Source: an uncultured Pseudomonadota bacterium
GTDB taxonomy: Bacteria; Bdellovibrionota_B; Oligoflexia; Oligoflexales; CAIYRB01
Reading direction: 5' to 3'
Assembly (NCBI GenBank): GCA_903915625.1
Contig: CAIWTN010000090.1
Location: forward strand, 1,915-65,914
DNA length: 64,000 nt
Shown: positions 1 to 7,914 of the stretch, piece after piece
Layout: each line of letters opens with the position of its first letter
How positions within the stretch are numbered: position 1 is the first letter of the stretch
Notes under the pieces: model-generated
Database searches by the model: none
What the model saw: the letters and a program-made list of their open reading frames with translations, nothing else
What the model was told of the DNA's origin: nothing
Program-made: the position numbers and the translations under genes

Positions 1-809
1 TTACGAATCTGCTCTATATCAACTGTCGGTGCGGGCTGAGCCATTTTCAAACTCGCCAGAGAGTTCGCGATAATCTGCGCAATGGCTAAATCGCGGAACC
101 ACTTATGATCCGAAGGAATCACGAACCAAGGTGCATGCTCAGTGCTGGTCTTCTCCAGCAGATCATCGAACGCCTCCATATAAGAATCCCAGTATTGTCT
201 CTCGCTATAGTCTGCCTCGCTGATCTTCCAGTGCTTATCCGGATCATCGAGGCGCTTTTTGAAGCGAGATAACTGCTCGTCCTTGGAGATATGGAGGAAA
301 AACTTCAAGATGGTGGTGTTGTTTTCCAGCGACAGAAGTCGTTCGAAATCATTGATCTGCTTATATCGCTCGGACCAAACTTTTTCTGGCACCAGCTTGT
401 GGACGCGCGCCACCAACACATCTTCGTAGTGAGAGCGGTTGAAGACAGCGATCGATCCCTTGCGCGGTGCATGAGGATGGACGCGCCAGAGAAAATCATG
501 CGCTAATTCGTCCGAGGTCGGAGCCTTAAATGAAGTGACGTTACAGCCCTGTGGATTGAGCGCCGAGATGACATGCCGGATGACACCGTCTTTACCGGCC
601 GTATCTAGACCCTGAAGTACGATGAGAAGCGAATGCTTACCCTCGGAGTACAGCAGATATTGGAGTTTAAAAAGTTGTTCCAGATACTTTTGGGTCTCGG
701 CCTGTGCCGCTTTATTTGAATCAAAACCATCATGCGCCGATGGATCAAGTTGTTTGAATTTGACCTTCCCATTTGGCTTTACCAAAAATTCACTGTGGTA
801 ATCCTTCAT
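1..809 (-). CDS. ppk2: Polyphosphate kinase 2 (PPK2 family); 3' end runs off the left window edge
   Basis: Absent from the ORF track because it is open at the edge. My own translation from ATG 809..807 (GGAGAGG about 9 nt upstream) reads MKDYHSEFLVKPNGK...LIVLQGLDTAGKDGV...NVTSFKAPTSDELAHDFLWRVH. The GLDxAGKDG P-loop and FLWR motif are typical of PPK2. The frame stays open down to position 3. Confidence 0.85.
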   Translation of the reverse strand, partial: MKDYHSEFLVKPNGKVKFKQLDPSAHDGFDSNKAAQAETQKYLEQLFKLQYLLYSEGKHSLLIVLQGLDTAGKDGVIRHVISALNPQGCNVTSFKAPTSDELAHDFLWRVHPHAPRKGSIAVFNRSHYEDVLVARVHKLVPEKVWSERYKQINDFERLLSLENNTTILKFFLHISKDEQLSRFKKRLDDPDKHWKISEADYSERQYWDSYMEAFDDLLEKTSTEHAPWFVIPSDHKWFRDLAIAQIIANSLASLKMAQPAPTVDIEQIR

Positions 810-867
810 GAGTGCAGCCCTCTCCCGCGAAAGCTTAATTGCAAATCAGTACCTAACACCTTGCCAG

Positions 868-1626
868 TCAACTACAGCACGTCGATTTATGCACGGCCGG
901 TTCTAACGACTTTTTAAAATCCAGAAGTTGCAGCAGCATTTTAATGGGATCAGTCAGCATCGAAACTTTCGAACCAGGAACCTCGCTCCAAGAAACTGGG
1001 CTTTCTACTATTTTAAGACCAGCACGATAAGCAAGAATCACAAGCTGAGTATCCCAAGTCCAAGTCTGCGACGTGATACTCGGCAGTAACTTTTGCACAG
1101 CCGATCTGCGAAAAAACTTACAGCCACATTGGCTGTCGTACACCGGGATATCAAACATCATGCTGACGATGGTGGCGAAGACCCGGCCGACTAAGTGACG
1201 ACTTAGTTTACGCTCGACATTCTGACCGAGCATTTTCACTCGTGATGCGATGACGCCAGAGACTTGATGATTTTGATCAAGTGACTTAATGACACGCAGT
1301 GATTCCGCAGCAGAAACAGAGCCATCGGCATCGAGAAAACCAACGACATCGGTTGATACTTGACTAAATCCGGCAGCAATTGCGCTGCCCTTGCCACCAT
1401 TTTTAGGCTTCTTGTAAAGACTGATGCGAGACATGTTTTGTTGCGCCTGCACCACGAGTCGCTCGACTTCGCTGAGGTGATCATGACGCGATCCATCATC
1501 AACAACCAGCACACTTACATGGGGCTCGTGCGCCAGGAGCTGCTCGAAATCGGCTAGTAATTTGCCGATACGCGCTCCCTCGTTGTAACAGGGGACAATG
1601 ATGGAGGTGGATGTCTGAATAGTCAT
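868..1626 (-). CDS. Family 2 glycosyltransferase (polyprenol-phosphate sugar transferase-like)
   Basis: 252-aa ORF. SIIVPCYNEG, VLVVDDGS and LDADGS motifs match the GT-A/GT2 fold. No TM segments noticed. Confidence 0.8.
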   Translation of the reverse strand: MTIQTSTSIIVPCYNEGARIGKLLADFEQLLAHEPHVSVLVVDDGSRHDHLSEVERLVVQAQQNMSRISLYKKPKNGGKGSAIAAGFSQVSTDVVGFLDADGSVSAAESLRVIKSLDQNHQVSGVIASRVKMLGQNVERKLSRHLVGRVFATIVSMMFDIPVYDSQCGCKFFRRSAVQKLLPSITSQTWTWDTQLVILAYRAGLKIVESPVSWSEVPGSKVSMLTDPIKMLLQLLDFKKSLEPAVHKSTCCS

Positions 1627-1660
1627 CGCTAGATGGTACCCCTATAGCCTTCACGGTGGC

Positions 1661-1675
1661 GACATTCAGAATGTC
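1661..1675. promoter_or_regulatory. Perfect 15-bp palindrome GACATTC-A-GAATGTC, a candidate operator
   Basis: Read directly from the sequence. It lies in the 137-bp divergent intergenic region between the GT2 gene (start 1626, minus) and the SWIM-SNF2 gene (start 1764, plus). Confidence 0.35.
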
Positions 1676-1763
1676 ACTGCCCTTAATTACGATTTCGGTT
1701 TAATCTTAGCAACTCGTCAGAAAAAAGGCGTACCTTAACCAACAAAATGCTCGGATTATTGCA

Positions 1764-4700
1764 TTGTTAGCCAAAAAAACCTCGACGCTATTCAGCAAGT
1801 CTAGCCGGATGCTCGGTGAGACCTTCGTTCAGAGCGACTTAGCCAAGGTGATTAGATTCGACGACGACTCGATCACCGGCTCCGTCGAAGGCGGCGACAG
1901 TGCCAGCGTCAAGCTGCAACTTTGCGGTAATAAGGGCGACGATGATCATCTTCATGCTGATTGCGACTGCGCCCTATTTCACAGACAGAAACTGTGTCAG
2001 CACATTTGGGCGCTAGTCTTACTTGCTGACAACCACAGCTGGGGCGGTACCGTCCGCAGATTCCAGGGTGCTATCGATATTGAATTTGGCTGCGACGAAG
2101 ACGATGACCATGACGAAGATCATGATAACGACGGCGGAGACACGGACGACTGGTATGCCGAAGAGGACGCAGCGCTGGATAGTGCCGTGTACCCCTTTAT
2201 ACCGAACCGAGCGCCAAGCCGAGCGCAGAGGATTGAGCCGAGCGTTCAGTCATTGACCACCAACCGCGTCCACTGGGAAAGACTGCTAGAAGATGCTGAT
2301 GCCATTTCAAGGCGCAGCCTCAACGACGTCACACGCGAAGAATCCATTCCCTCCACAACCAAGCATAGCGAGCTTTTGTACGGCCTACATTTGAGCGGCA
2401 CGAAAGCTCAAGGCGAATTAACGATCAACTTATTTCAGCGGCATATGCGTCTTAACGGCAGCTGGGGAGTCGCCAAGCCGTTTAAATTGTCGCGCACACA
2501 GAGTGAAACTCTGGATCATCCGGCCGATCAAGAAATTATCTCTCTCATGTTTGGTGGACAGGCCCAGAAGAAGTCGTCTTCCTACTACGACTACTACTAC
2601 GAGGACCCATACTGGGCGCCGGCTCATGATCTTTTTAAAGTCAGCCCGCCTCTTTACGACGTGTTATTGCCTAAACTAGCTGCAACTGGCCGATTTTATT
2701 TCATCGAATTTAACGACTCGCGGCCAGCAGCAACCCCACTGACTTACCATTGTGATGAGGCTTGGACCTTCGAGTTAGCCGTCACCGCTGCTACCAAATC
2801 AACTTCCGATTTTAAGAGCACCGGCCAACCCTGGATCCTTACGGGGCGATTTCGCCGTGGCGCCGAGCTCATGACGGTGACCACACCCAAGCTTGTACTC
2901 CGCTCCGGCCTGGTGATGCATGAACAAGATCTAGGGCGCATACCGGCTTTGTCTAACGACGAGTTTTTTTGGATCTCGCGCCTTCGCGAACATGGTCCAG
3001 TCATGATTCCTCAAGCAGACCTAGACCGCTTTGTCGAAACATTGACGCGTCTACCGCTTTGTCCGCGGATTGAATTGCCAGAGGCCACGACATGGCAAAC
3101 GAAGACGGGCACTCCAACGCCCAGACTTTCGATCATGGCGGCCAGCGCCAGCCAAGGTCCGGGCCAATTAACGGCAAAGGTAAGCTATCAATACGACGGC
3201 ATAACGCTGAGTCGCAGCGAAGGACGCTCTTCTTGGGTGGATAACCAAGCTAAAATCATTCACAAGCGTGATGCCGCGGCAGAAGTAAAGTTGTTTGAAC
3301 AACTACTGCAGCAGCCGCAGATCCTACATGCTACGTCATCAAACAAAGCTGGTGTCGACGTCAGCTTTGCAAGCACCGGACTACCGGCATTAGTTAAGTC
3401 GCTGAGCGACTTGGGTTGGTCGGTCGAGGCCGAAGGTCGGCGTCTGCGTCAATCTGGGAATTTTGCCGCAACCGTATCTTCGGGCATCAACTGGTTTGAC
3501 GTCGGAGCGACATGTAGCTTTGGCAGTCAAACCGTGACACTGCCGGCACTCATCGCTGCTTTGGAGCGTGGTGATAACTTTATCAAGCTCGGTGACGGAA
3601 GCCTCGGACTGTTGCCGACTGAGTGGCTGAAAAAGTTTGGCGCCATTGCCGACATAGGCAAACGAATCGATGACGGCATCAGAATAACGCACCCGCAAGG
3701 CGCCATTTTGGACGCCTTGCTAGATGGCCTGCCGGCAATTGATGTCGACAGCAAATTTGCCGAGATGCGTGAGCGACTTAAAGCCTTTAATGGGATCGAG
3801 CCAGAGCAGCCTGACGCCGCCTTTAAAGGGTCTCTGCGCGAGTATCAGCACGAAGGCCTAGGCTGGCTTAACTTCCTGAGCAAGTATGGCTTTGGTGGCT
3901 GTCTGGCCGACGACATGGGCCTTGGCAAGACGATTCAGGTGCTAGCTATGTTGCAGCAGCGCTACGTTAACACTGAGCGTAAGCGCAAACCCAGCCTTGT
4001 TATCGTACCGCGCAGCCTAGTCCACAACTGGCTAAAGGAGGCGCAGCGATTCTGTCCAGACCTCCGCCTTCTTGATTTTGCGACTTCAGATCGCCATGAA
4101 AATTGGGAAAGCCTCAGCGACTACGATGTCATCATCACCACCTACGGAGTGCTGCGCCGCGACATCGAGAAGCTGTGCTTGGTAGAGTTCGACTATGCGA
4201 TCCTTGACGAAGCCCAAGCCATCAAAAATGATGCCGCACAAACGGCTAAGGCAGCTCGACTCATCCAAGCCGACCACAGACTAGCGCTGTCGGGAACACC
4301 CGTGGAAAATCACCTCGGTGACCTTGCTTCGATCTTCGAATTTCTCAACCCCGGCATGCTCAGTACATCGATGTTTAGCGCCATGTCTAAAAAGACGCCG
4401 GAAGATGCACTGAAATTTGCCTCATTACTGGCTCGAGCTCTTAGGCCATTTATTCTCCGGCGCACCAAGGAGCAAGTCCTCAAAGACCTCCCGGAAAAAA
4501 CCGAGCAGACCATATATTGCAGCCTCGAACCACAGCAGCGCCGTCTCTACGACGAGCTCCGAGACCACTACCGTGCCAGGCTCACTAAGACAGTCAAAGA
4601 GCAGGGCATGAGCCGCTCTAAGATACACGTGGTCGAAGCTCTGCTGCGGCTGCGGCAGGCCGCCTGTCACCCTGGCTTGATCGATAAAACTCGCAGTCAT

Positions 4701-5213
4701 GAACCCAGTGCGAAACTGGACGCCCTCCTGGATCAGATTCGCGAGGTGATCGAAAGCGGTCATAAAGCCCTAGTATTCAGCCAATTCACAAGCATGCTCG
4801 CTTTGGTGCGTGAGCGCCTCGGCCGCGAAAAGTTCACCTACGAGTACCTTGATGGTCGAACGCGAGACCGAGAGGCTCGGGTGACTAGGTTCCAAACTGA
4901 TCCCAACGTGCCACTGTTTTTGATCAGCCTTAAAGCGGGTGGCCTGGGTCTAAATCTCACCGCCGCGGACTACTGCTTTATTCTCGATCCCTGGTGGAAT
5001 CCCGCCGCCGAGGCACAGGCGATTGACCGGGCTCACCGCATGGGTCAAACCAAACCTGTCTTTGCCTACAGGCTGATCGCCAAAGATACCGTCGAGGAAA
5101 AAATCCTCGCCCTTCAAGAGAAGAAGCGTGACCTGGCAGATGCCATCGTGTCGGCCGAAAACAGCGTCCTCAGCAGCCTCACCTTTGACGACCTGCAGCT
5201 GCTGCTGTCCTGA
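1764..5213 (+). CDS. SWIM zinc-finger / SNF2-family ATP-dependent helicase
   Basis: 1149-aa ORF with a TTG start; an ATG at 1809 is an alternative. N-terminal SWIM signature CDCALFHRQKLCQH. C-terminal SNF2 motifs DDMGLGKT, DEAQAIKN, LSGTPVENH and QAIDRAHRMGQ. Confidence 0.85.
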   Translation: MLAKKTSTLFSKSSRMLGETFVQSDLAKVIRFDDDSITGSVEGGDSASVKLQLCGNKGDDDHLHADCDCALFHRQKLCQHIWALVLLADNHSWGGTVRRFQGAIDIEFGCDEDDDHDEDHDNDGGDTDDWYAEEDAALDSAVYPFIPNRAPSRAQRIEPSVQSLTTNRVHWERLLEDADAISRRSLNDVTREESIPSTTKHSELLYGLHLSGTKAQGELTINLFQRHMRLNGSWGVAKPFKLSRTQSETLDHPADQEIISLMFGGQAQKKSSSYYDYYYEDPYWAPAHDLFKVSPPLYDVLLPKLAATGRFYFIEFNDSRPAATPLTYHCDEAWTFELAVTAATKSTSDFKSTGQPWILTGRFRRGAELMTVTTPKLVLRSGLVMHEQDLGRIPALSNDEFFWISRLREHGPVMIPQADLDRFVETLTRLPLCPRIELPEATTWQTKTGTPTPRLSIMAASASQGPGQLTAKVSYQYDGITLSRSEGRSSWVDNQAKIIHKRDAAAEVKLFEQLLQQPQILHATSSNKAGVDVSFASTGLPALVKSLSDLGWSVEAEGRRLRQSGNFAATVSSGINWFDVGATCSFGSQTVTLPALIAALERGDNFIKLGDGSLGLLPTEWLKKFGAIADIGKRIDDGIRITHPQGAILDALLDGLPAIDVDSKFAEMRERLKAFNGIEPEQPDAAFKGSLREYQHEGLGWLNFLSKYGFGGCLADDMGLGKTIQVLAMLQQRYVNTERKRKPSLVIVPRSLVHNWLKEAQRFCPDLRLLDFATSDRHENWESLSDYDVIITTYGVLRRDIEKLCLVEFDYAILDEAQAIKNDAAQTAKAARLIQADHRLALSGTPVENHLGDLASIFEFLNPGMLSTSMFSAMSKKTPEDALKFASLLARALRPFILRRTKEQVLKDLPEKTEQTIYCSLEPQQRRLYDELRDHYRARLTKTVKEQGMSRSKIHVVEALLRLRQAACHPGLIDKTRSHEPSAKLDALLDQIREVIESGHKALVFSQFTSMLALVRERLGREKFTYEYLDGRTRDREARVTRFQTDPNVPLFLISLKAGGLGLNLTAADYCFILDPWWNPAAEAQAIDRAHRMGQTKPVFAYRLIAKDTVEEKILALQEKKRDLADAIVSAENSVLSSLTFDDLQLLLS

Positions 5214-5297
5214 GGCTGCAGCTTTTGCGAAGCATCTGAAAACATAGGCAAAAATAAAATTGGCCGATGCGGGACAAGCCGGCAATCAGCCAAATTA

Positions 5298-5374
5298 TGG
5301 TAGGCCTGCCCGGACTCGAACCGGGGACCTCTACCTTATCAGGGTAGCGCTCTAACCAACTGAGCTACAGACCT
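5298..5374 (-). tRNA. tRNA-Ile (anticodon GAU)
   Basis: The reverse complement folds as a cloverleaf. The acceptor stem AGGTCTG/CAGGCCT has one G-U pair. The anticodon stem-loop is CTACC-CTGATAA-GGTAG, the T arm is GGTTCGAGTCC, and CCA is encoded. 77 nt, not next to any rRNA. Confidence 0.9.
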
Positions 5375-5438
5375 ATGAAGCGCCGTTTATATGTTTGTGG
5401 CTCAGCCAAGTCAACCGCAAGTTGTCGAATGTCGATAT

Positions 5439-5467
5439 TTATCCACCTGTAGATAACTTGTGGATAA
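5439..5467. promoter_or_regulatory. Inverted pair of DnaA-box-like sequences (TTATCCACC ... TGTGGATAA)
   Basis: 5439..5447 is TTATCCACC, matching 8/9 of the consensus TTATCCACA. 5459..5467 is TGTGGATAA, which is a 9/9 match on the minus strand. Together they form a 29-bp near-palindrome upstream of tRNA-Ile. Confidence 0.5.
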
Positions 5468-5510
5468 TCCTGCGGCTAAAGCTCGGCTAAACGTCTAGAG
5501 CCCTTGCAGC

Positions 5511-5747
5511 TCAGGCATCAATCAGAGTGGGTACTCCTAACTGCGAGCCATACTGCTTGAGCTTGCGTTGCAGAGTCCGAATACCGATGCCAAGCACCCG
5601 CGCTGCGCGTGTGCGATTAAAATTTTGCCGCTTAAGGGTTTCCATAATAACGGCTCTTTCAACATCCGCAAGTGTCATTCCAAACTCAAACGTCACTGGA
5701 GCAACAATCATCTCGTCACAGTAGTCAGTTTTTAACACGTTCAACAT
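5511..5747 (-). CDS. Small Fis-family HTH DNA-binding protein (78 aa)
   Basis: The C-terminus LADVERAVIMETLKRQNFNRTRAARVLGIGIRTLQRKLKQYG matches the Fis/NtrC-type HTH. GGGAGG Shine-Dalgarno sits 7 nt upstream of the ATG. Confidence 0.7.
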   Translation of the reverse strand: MLNVLKTDYCDEMIVAPVTFEFGMTLADVERAVIMETLKRQNFNRTRAARVLGIGIRTLQRKLKQYGSQLGVPTLIDA

Positions 5748-5795
5748 CGCGGAACCTCCCTATGCCTCACCGTTAACTAAGCCCAAAAGCCTTAG

Positions 5796-5812
5796 TGCAA
5801 AGGTGGTGCCAG
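5796..5812 (-). promoter_or_regulatory. Sigma-54 (-24/-12) promoter
   Basis: The minus strand reads CTGGCAC-cacct-TTGCA, an exact match to TGGCAC-N5-TTGCW. It lies about 50 nt upstream of the ATG at 5747. Confidence 0.7.
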
Positions 5813-5967
5813 CACAGGGAGATATCCGCGATGACGACTTAACCGCATGATAATAATGACAATCTAGAATTCCGCCCAACTTGGGACTAACCCGCCCAGT
5901 GGTAGCAAAAGTAAACCGAATCCAAGCGACACAGGTATACCTTCGCACCCACTAAGACCTTGGGCTA

Positions 5968-6849
5968 TCAGCGCAGCAAGGCCAGAGCAATTTCCGGACC
6001 TTGATTCGCCTGAGCCAGCACCGACATGCCAGCCTGCTGCAGGATCTTGTTCTGCGTGAGCGATGCTGTTTCCGAAGCAAAGTCGACGTCGCGAATCCGG
6101 CTGTTAGCGGATTTGAGGTTCTCGATCTGAACCCCTAGGTTGTTGATCGTCGAGTTGAGTCGGCTTTGTTGCGCACCCAAGTAAGAGCGGTTGGAGGCAA
6201 CCTTCTGGAGCGCATTGTCGATGGTCTCTAACTTTTTGGCCGCTGTCTCACGAGCAAAGGGATCCTCAGCATTTATCGGGCCAACTTCTGCCTCAGTGCC
6301 AAGGCCGAGAGACTTCACATCGACCTTCAACTGCTCAACGCCGATGCGCAGAGTGTCGGTGTTTTCTTTCGCGCCAGAGCCCATGCCCACATGAATGGTG
6401 AACATCTCAGCATCAGGCAGAGCCTCTTGGCCGCCGAGCAATGGCCAACCGTTAAACTGCGAGGTATTGCTGATCCGGTCGATCTCGTTCACCAACTGCA
6501 CATATTCGCGGTTGGCAAAGGAGCGTTCTTTATTCCCGATGGTGTCGGAGGAAGCCTGGGTCGCCAGTTCGCGGAGGCGGACGAGGATGTTCGACACCTC
6601 GTTGAAGCTACCCTCAGCCACCTGTACCAGGGACACGCCGTCGTTGGCGTTGCGCTTAGCCTGGTCAAGACTGCGGATACTCGCTTTCATCCCCTCAGAT
6701 ATGGCCAAACCGGCGGCGTCGTCTGCAGCCTTGTTGATCCGGTAGCCGCTCGACAACTTGGTGATGTTGTCTTCGAGGGCCGATGTCGAGTTACCAAGGG
6801 TGCGCTGTGCATTTAATGACGCTACGTTTGTTCTTATCCTGAGACCCAT
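5968..6849 (-). CDS. fliC: Flagellin (paralogue 1)
   Basis: 293 aa. Conserved N-terminus MGLRIRTNVASLNAQR...INKAADDAAGLAI and C-terminus ETASLTQNKILQQAGMSVLAQANQ..LLR. AAGGAG SD. Confidence 0.92.
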   Translation of the reverse strand: MGLRIRTNVASLNAQRTLGNSTSALEDNITKLSSGYRINKAADDAAGLAISEGMKASIRSLDQAKRNANDGVSLVQVAEGSFNEVSNILVRLRELATQASSDTIGNKERSFANREYVQLVNEIDRISNTSQFNGWPLLGGQEALPDAEMFTIHVGMGSGAKENTDTLRIGVEQLKVDVKSLGLGTEAEVGPINAEDPFARETAAKKLETIDNALQKVASNRSYLGAQQSRLNSTINNLGVQIENLKSANSRIRDVDFASETASLTQNKILQQAGMSVLAQANQGPEIALALLR

Positions 6850-6894
6850 ATGAAAAGCTCCTTATGAACAACTAACCGACAACCAACATTGCAT

Positions 6895-6921
6895 CAATCG
6901 ACAATTGAAAAGAATACATTA
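6895..6921 (-). promoter_or_regulatory. Candidate sigma-28 (FliA) promoter for flagellin 1
   Basis: The minus strand reads TAATGTAT-N11-GTCGATTG, against the consensus TAAAGTTT-N11-GCCGATAA. That is 6/8 and 5/8 matches with the correct spacer. Confidence 0.35.
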
Positions 6922-6992
6922 GCGTTAATAATAAAAATTATTTTAACGCGTCGATGGACTGTATTGATTCTGGTAGGTTTTTTTAAAGAACT

Positions 6993-7826
6993 TTATTTTT
7001 GACAAAACGCACAAAAATACGTGGCGCGCCCACTCTGACGGATCAGGCGAATTGCTGAGCCACACTTTTTGCACGGTTCATCGGCTCTGTCGTAGACGTT
7101 TAGCGAAACGGCAAAATAACCTGGATTTCCGTCTGGTGTCTGGAAGTCCCGAAAGGTGGTACCACCAGCCGCAATAGCATCTGATAAGGTATCTTTAATA
7201 GTAGCTGCAAGTTTTTCATAATTAGCCCGGCTCACTGAGCCAGCTTTACGCCTTGGATGTATCTGCGCGCGGAATAATGATTCGCTCGCATAGATATTAC
7301 CCACCCCAACCACTGTGTGAGCGTCCATAATAAAGACCTTAACCGGCGTCTTGCGCCCACGGCTAAGCTTATATAAGTGCTCACCAAGATCACGGCAGTC
7401 GAGTGGCTCGGGCCCTAGATCAACAAAAAGAGGGTGTTTAGCTAGATCGTCGACAGACGCGCAATCAATGCGGCCAAAACGCCGCGGGTCGACAAAATGC
7501 AGATAAGTAATCTCACCACTTGCGCCAGCTACCGTAAATACTGCGTGCGTATGCGGCACACTGGGCGTTGCTGAACTCTGCACCAGGATTCTGCCGGTCA
7601 TTCCTAGATGAAAAATGCCGTAACCCTTGCGGGATTTAATCAAAAGATACTTAGAGCGCCGCGACACACTCTCAATAACCTGGCCCACAAGTAACTCGCA
7701 AAAGTCCTCGATCGGGATAGGCGCACGCAAATCAGGCCGCAAAAACGTGGCCTTTGCTAATCTACTACCCTCAAGGACTGGCTTAACTGCCTGCGTTAAT
7801 GATTCGACTTCGGGTAACTCTGGCAC
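6993..7826 (-). CDS. mutM: Formamidopyrimidine-DNA glycosylase
   Basis: 277 aa. N-terminal MPELPEVE and a C-terminal zinc finger CxxC...CxxC (CKKCGSAI...YFCAFCQ). Confidence 0.92.
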   Translation of the reverse strand: MPELPEVESLTQAVKPVLEGSRLAKATFLRPDLRAPIPIEDFCELLVGQVIESVSRRSKYLLIKSRKGYGIFHLGMTGRILVQSSATPSVPHTHAVFTVAGASGEITYLHFVDPRRFGRIDCASVDDLAKHPLFVDLGPEPLDCRDLGEHLYKLSRGRKTPVKVFIMDAHTVVGVGNIYASESLFRAQIHPRRKAGSVSRANYEKLAATIKDTLSDAIAAGGTTFRDFQTPDGNPGYFAVSLNVYDRADEPCKKCGSAIRLIRQSGRATYFCAFCQK

Positions 7827-7914
7827 TTTTCTTTAATTCCAAGCGATTGACGCAAAAATGCGTCGGACCCTTGGTATCACGGGCCCAACACGCAATCAAC
7901 CACCGGCACTTAAC

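Noticed and set aside
1627-5374. Genomic island integrated at the 3' end of tRNA-Ile and carrying the SNF2 gene
   Set aside because: There is no integrase or recombinase. I could not find a direct repeat of the tRNA 3' end to the left, and there is no obvious compositional break by eye.
5375-5510. Possible replication origin, because of the two DnaA boxes
   Set aside because: There are only two boxes, no AT-rich unwinding element or 13-mer repeats, and no dnaA/dnaN/gidA/parAB context. It is kept only as a local DnaA-box pair.
5760-5948. 62-aa minus-strand ORF between flagellin 1 and the Fis-like gene
   Set aside because: It has a GTG start without an SD, an odd composition, and it spans the sigma-54 promoter and its putative UAS. 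It is more likely non-coding regulatory DNA.
6391-6816. Long ORFs antisense to flagellin, ftsH, gcvP, SNF2, LysM and other genes (for example 6391..6816, 23415..23759, 26421..26837, 53340..53816, 34339..34599)
   Set aside because: These are shadow ORFs, typical of GC-rich coding DNA. They lack an RBS and any recognisable motifs, and in each case the opposite strand carries a strongly supported gene.
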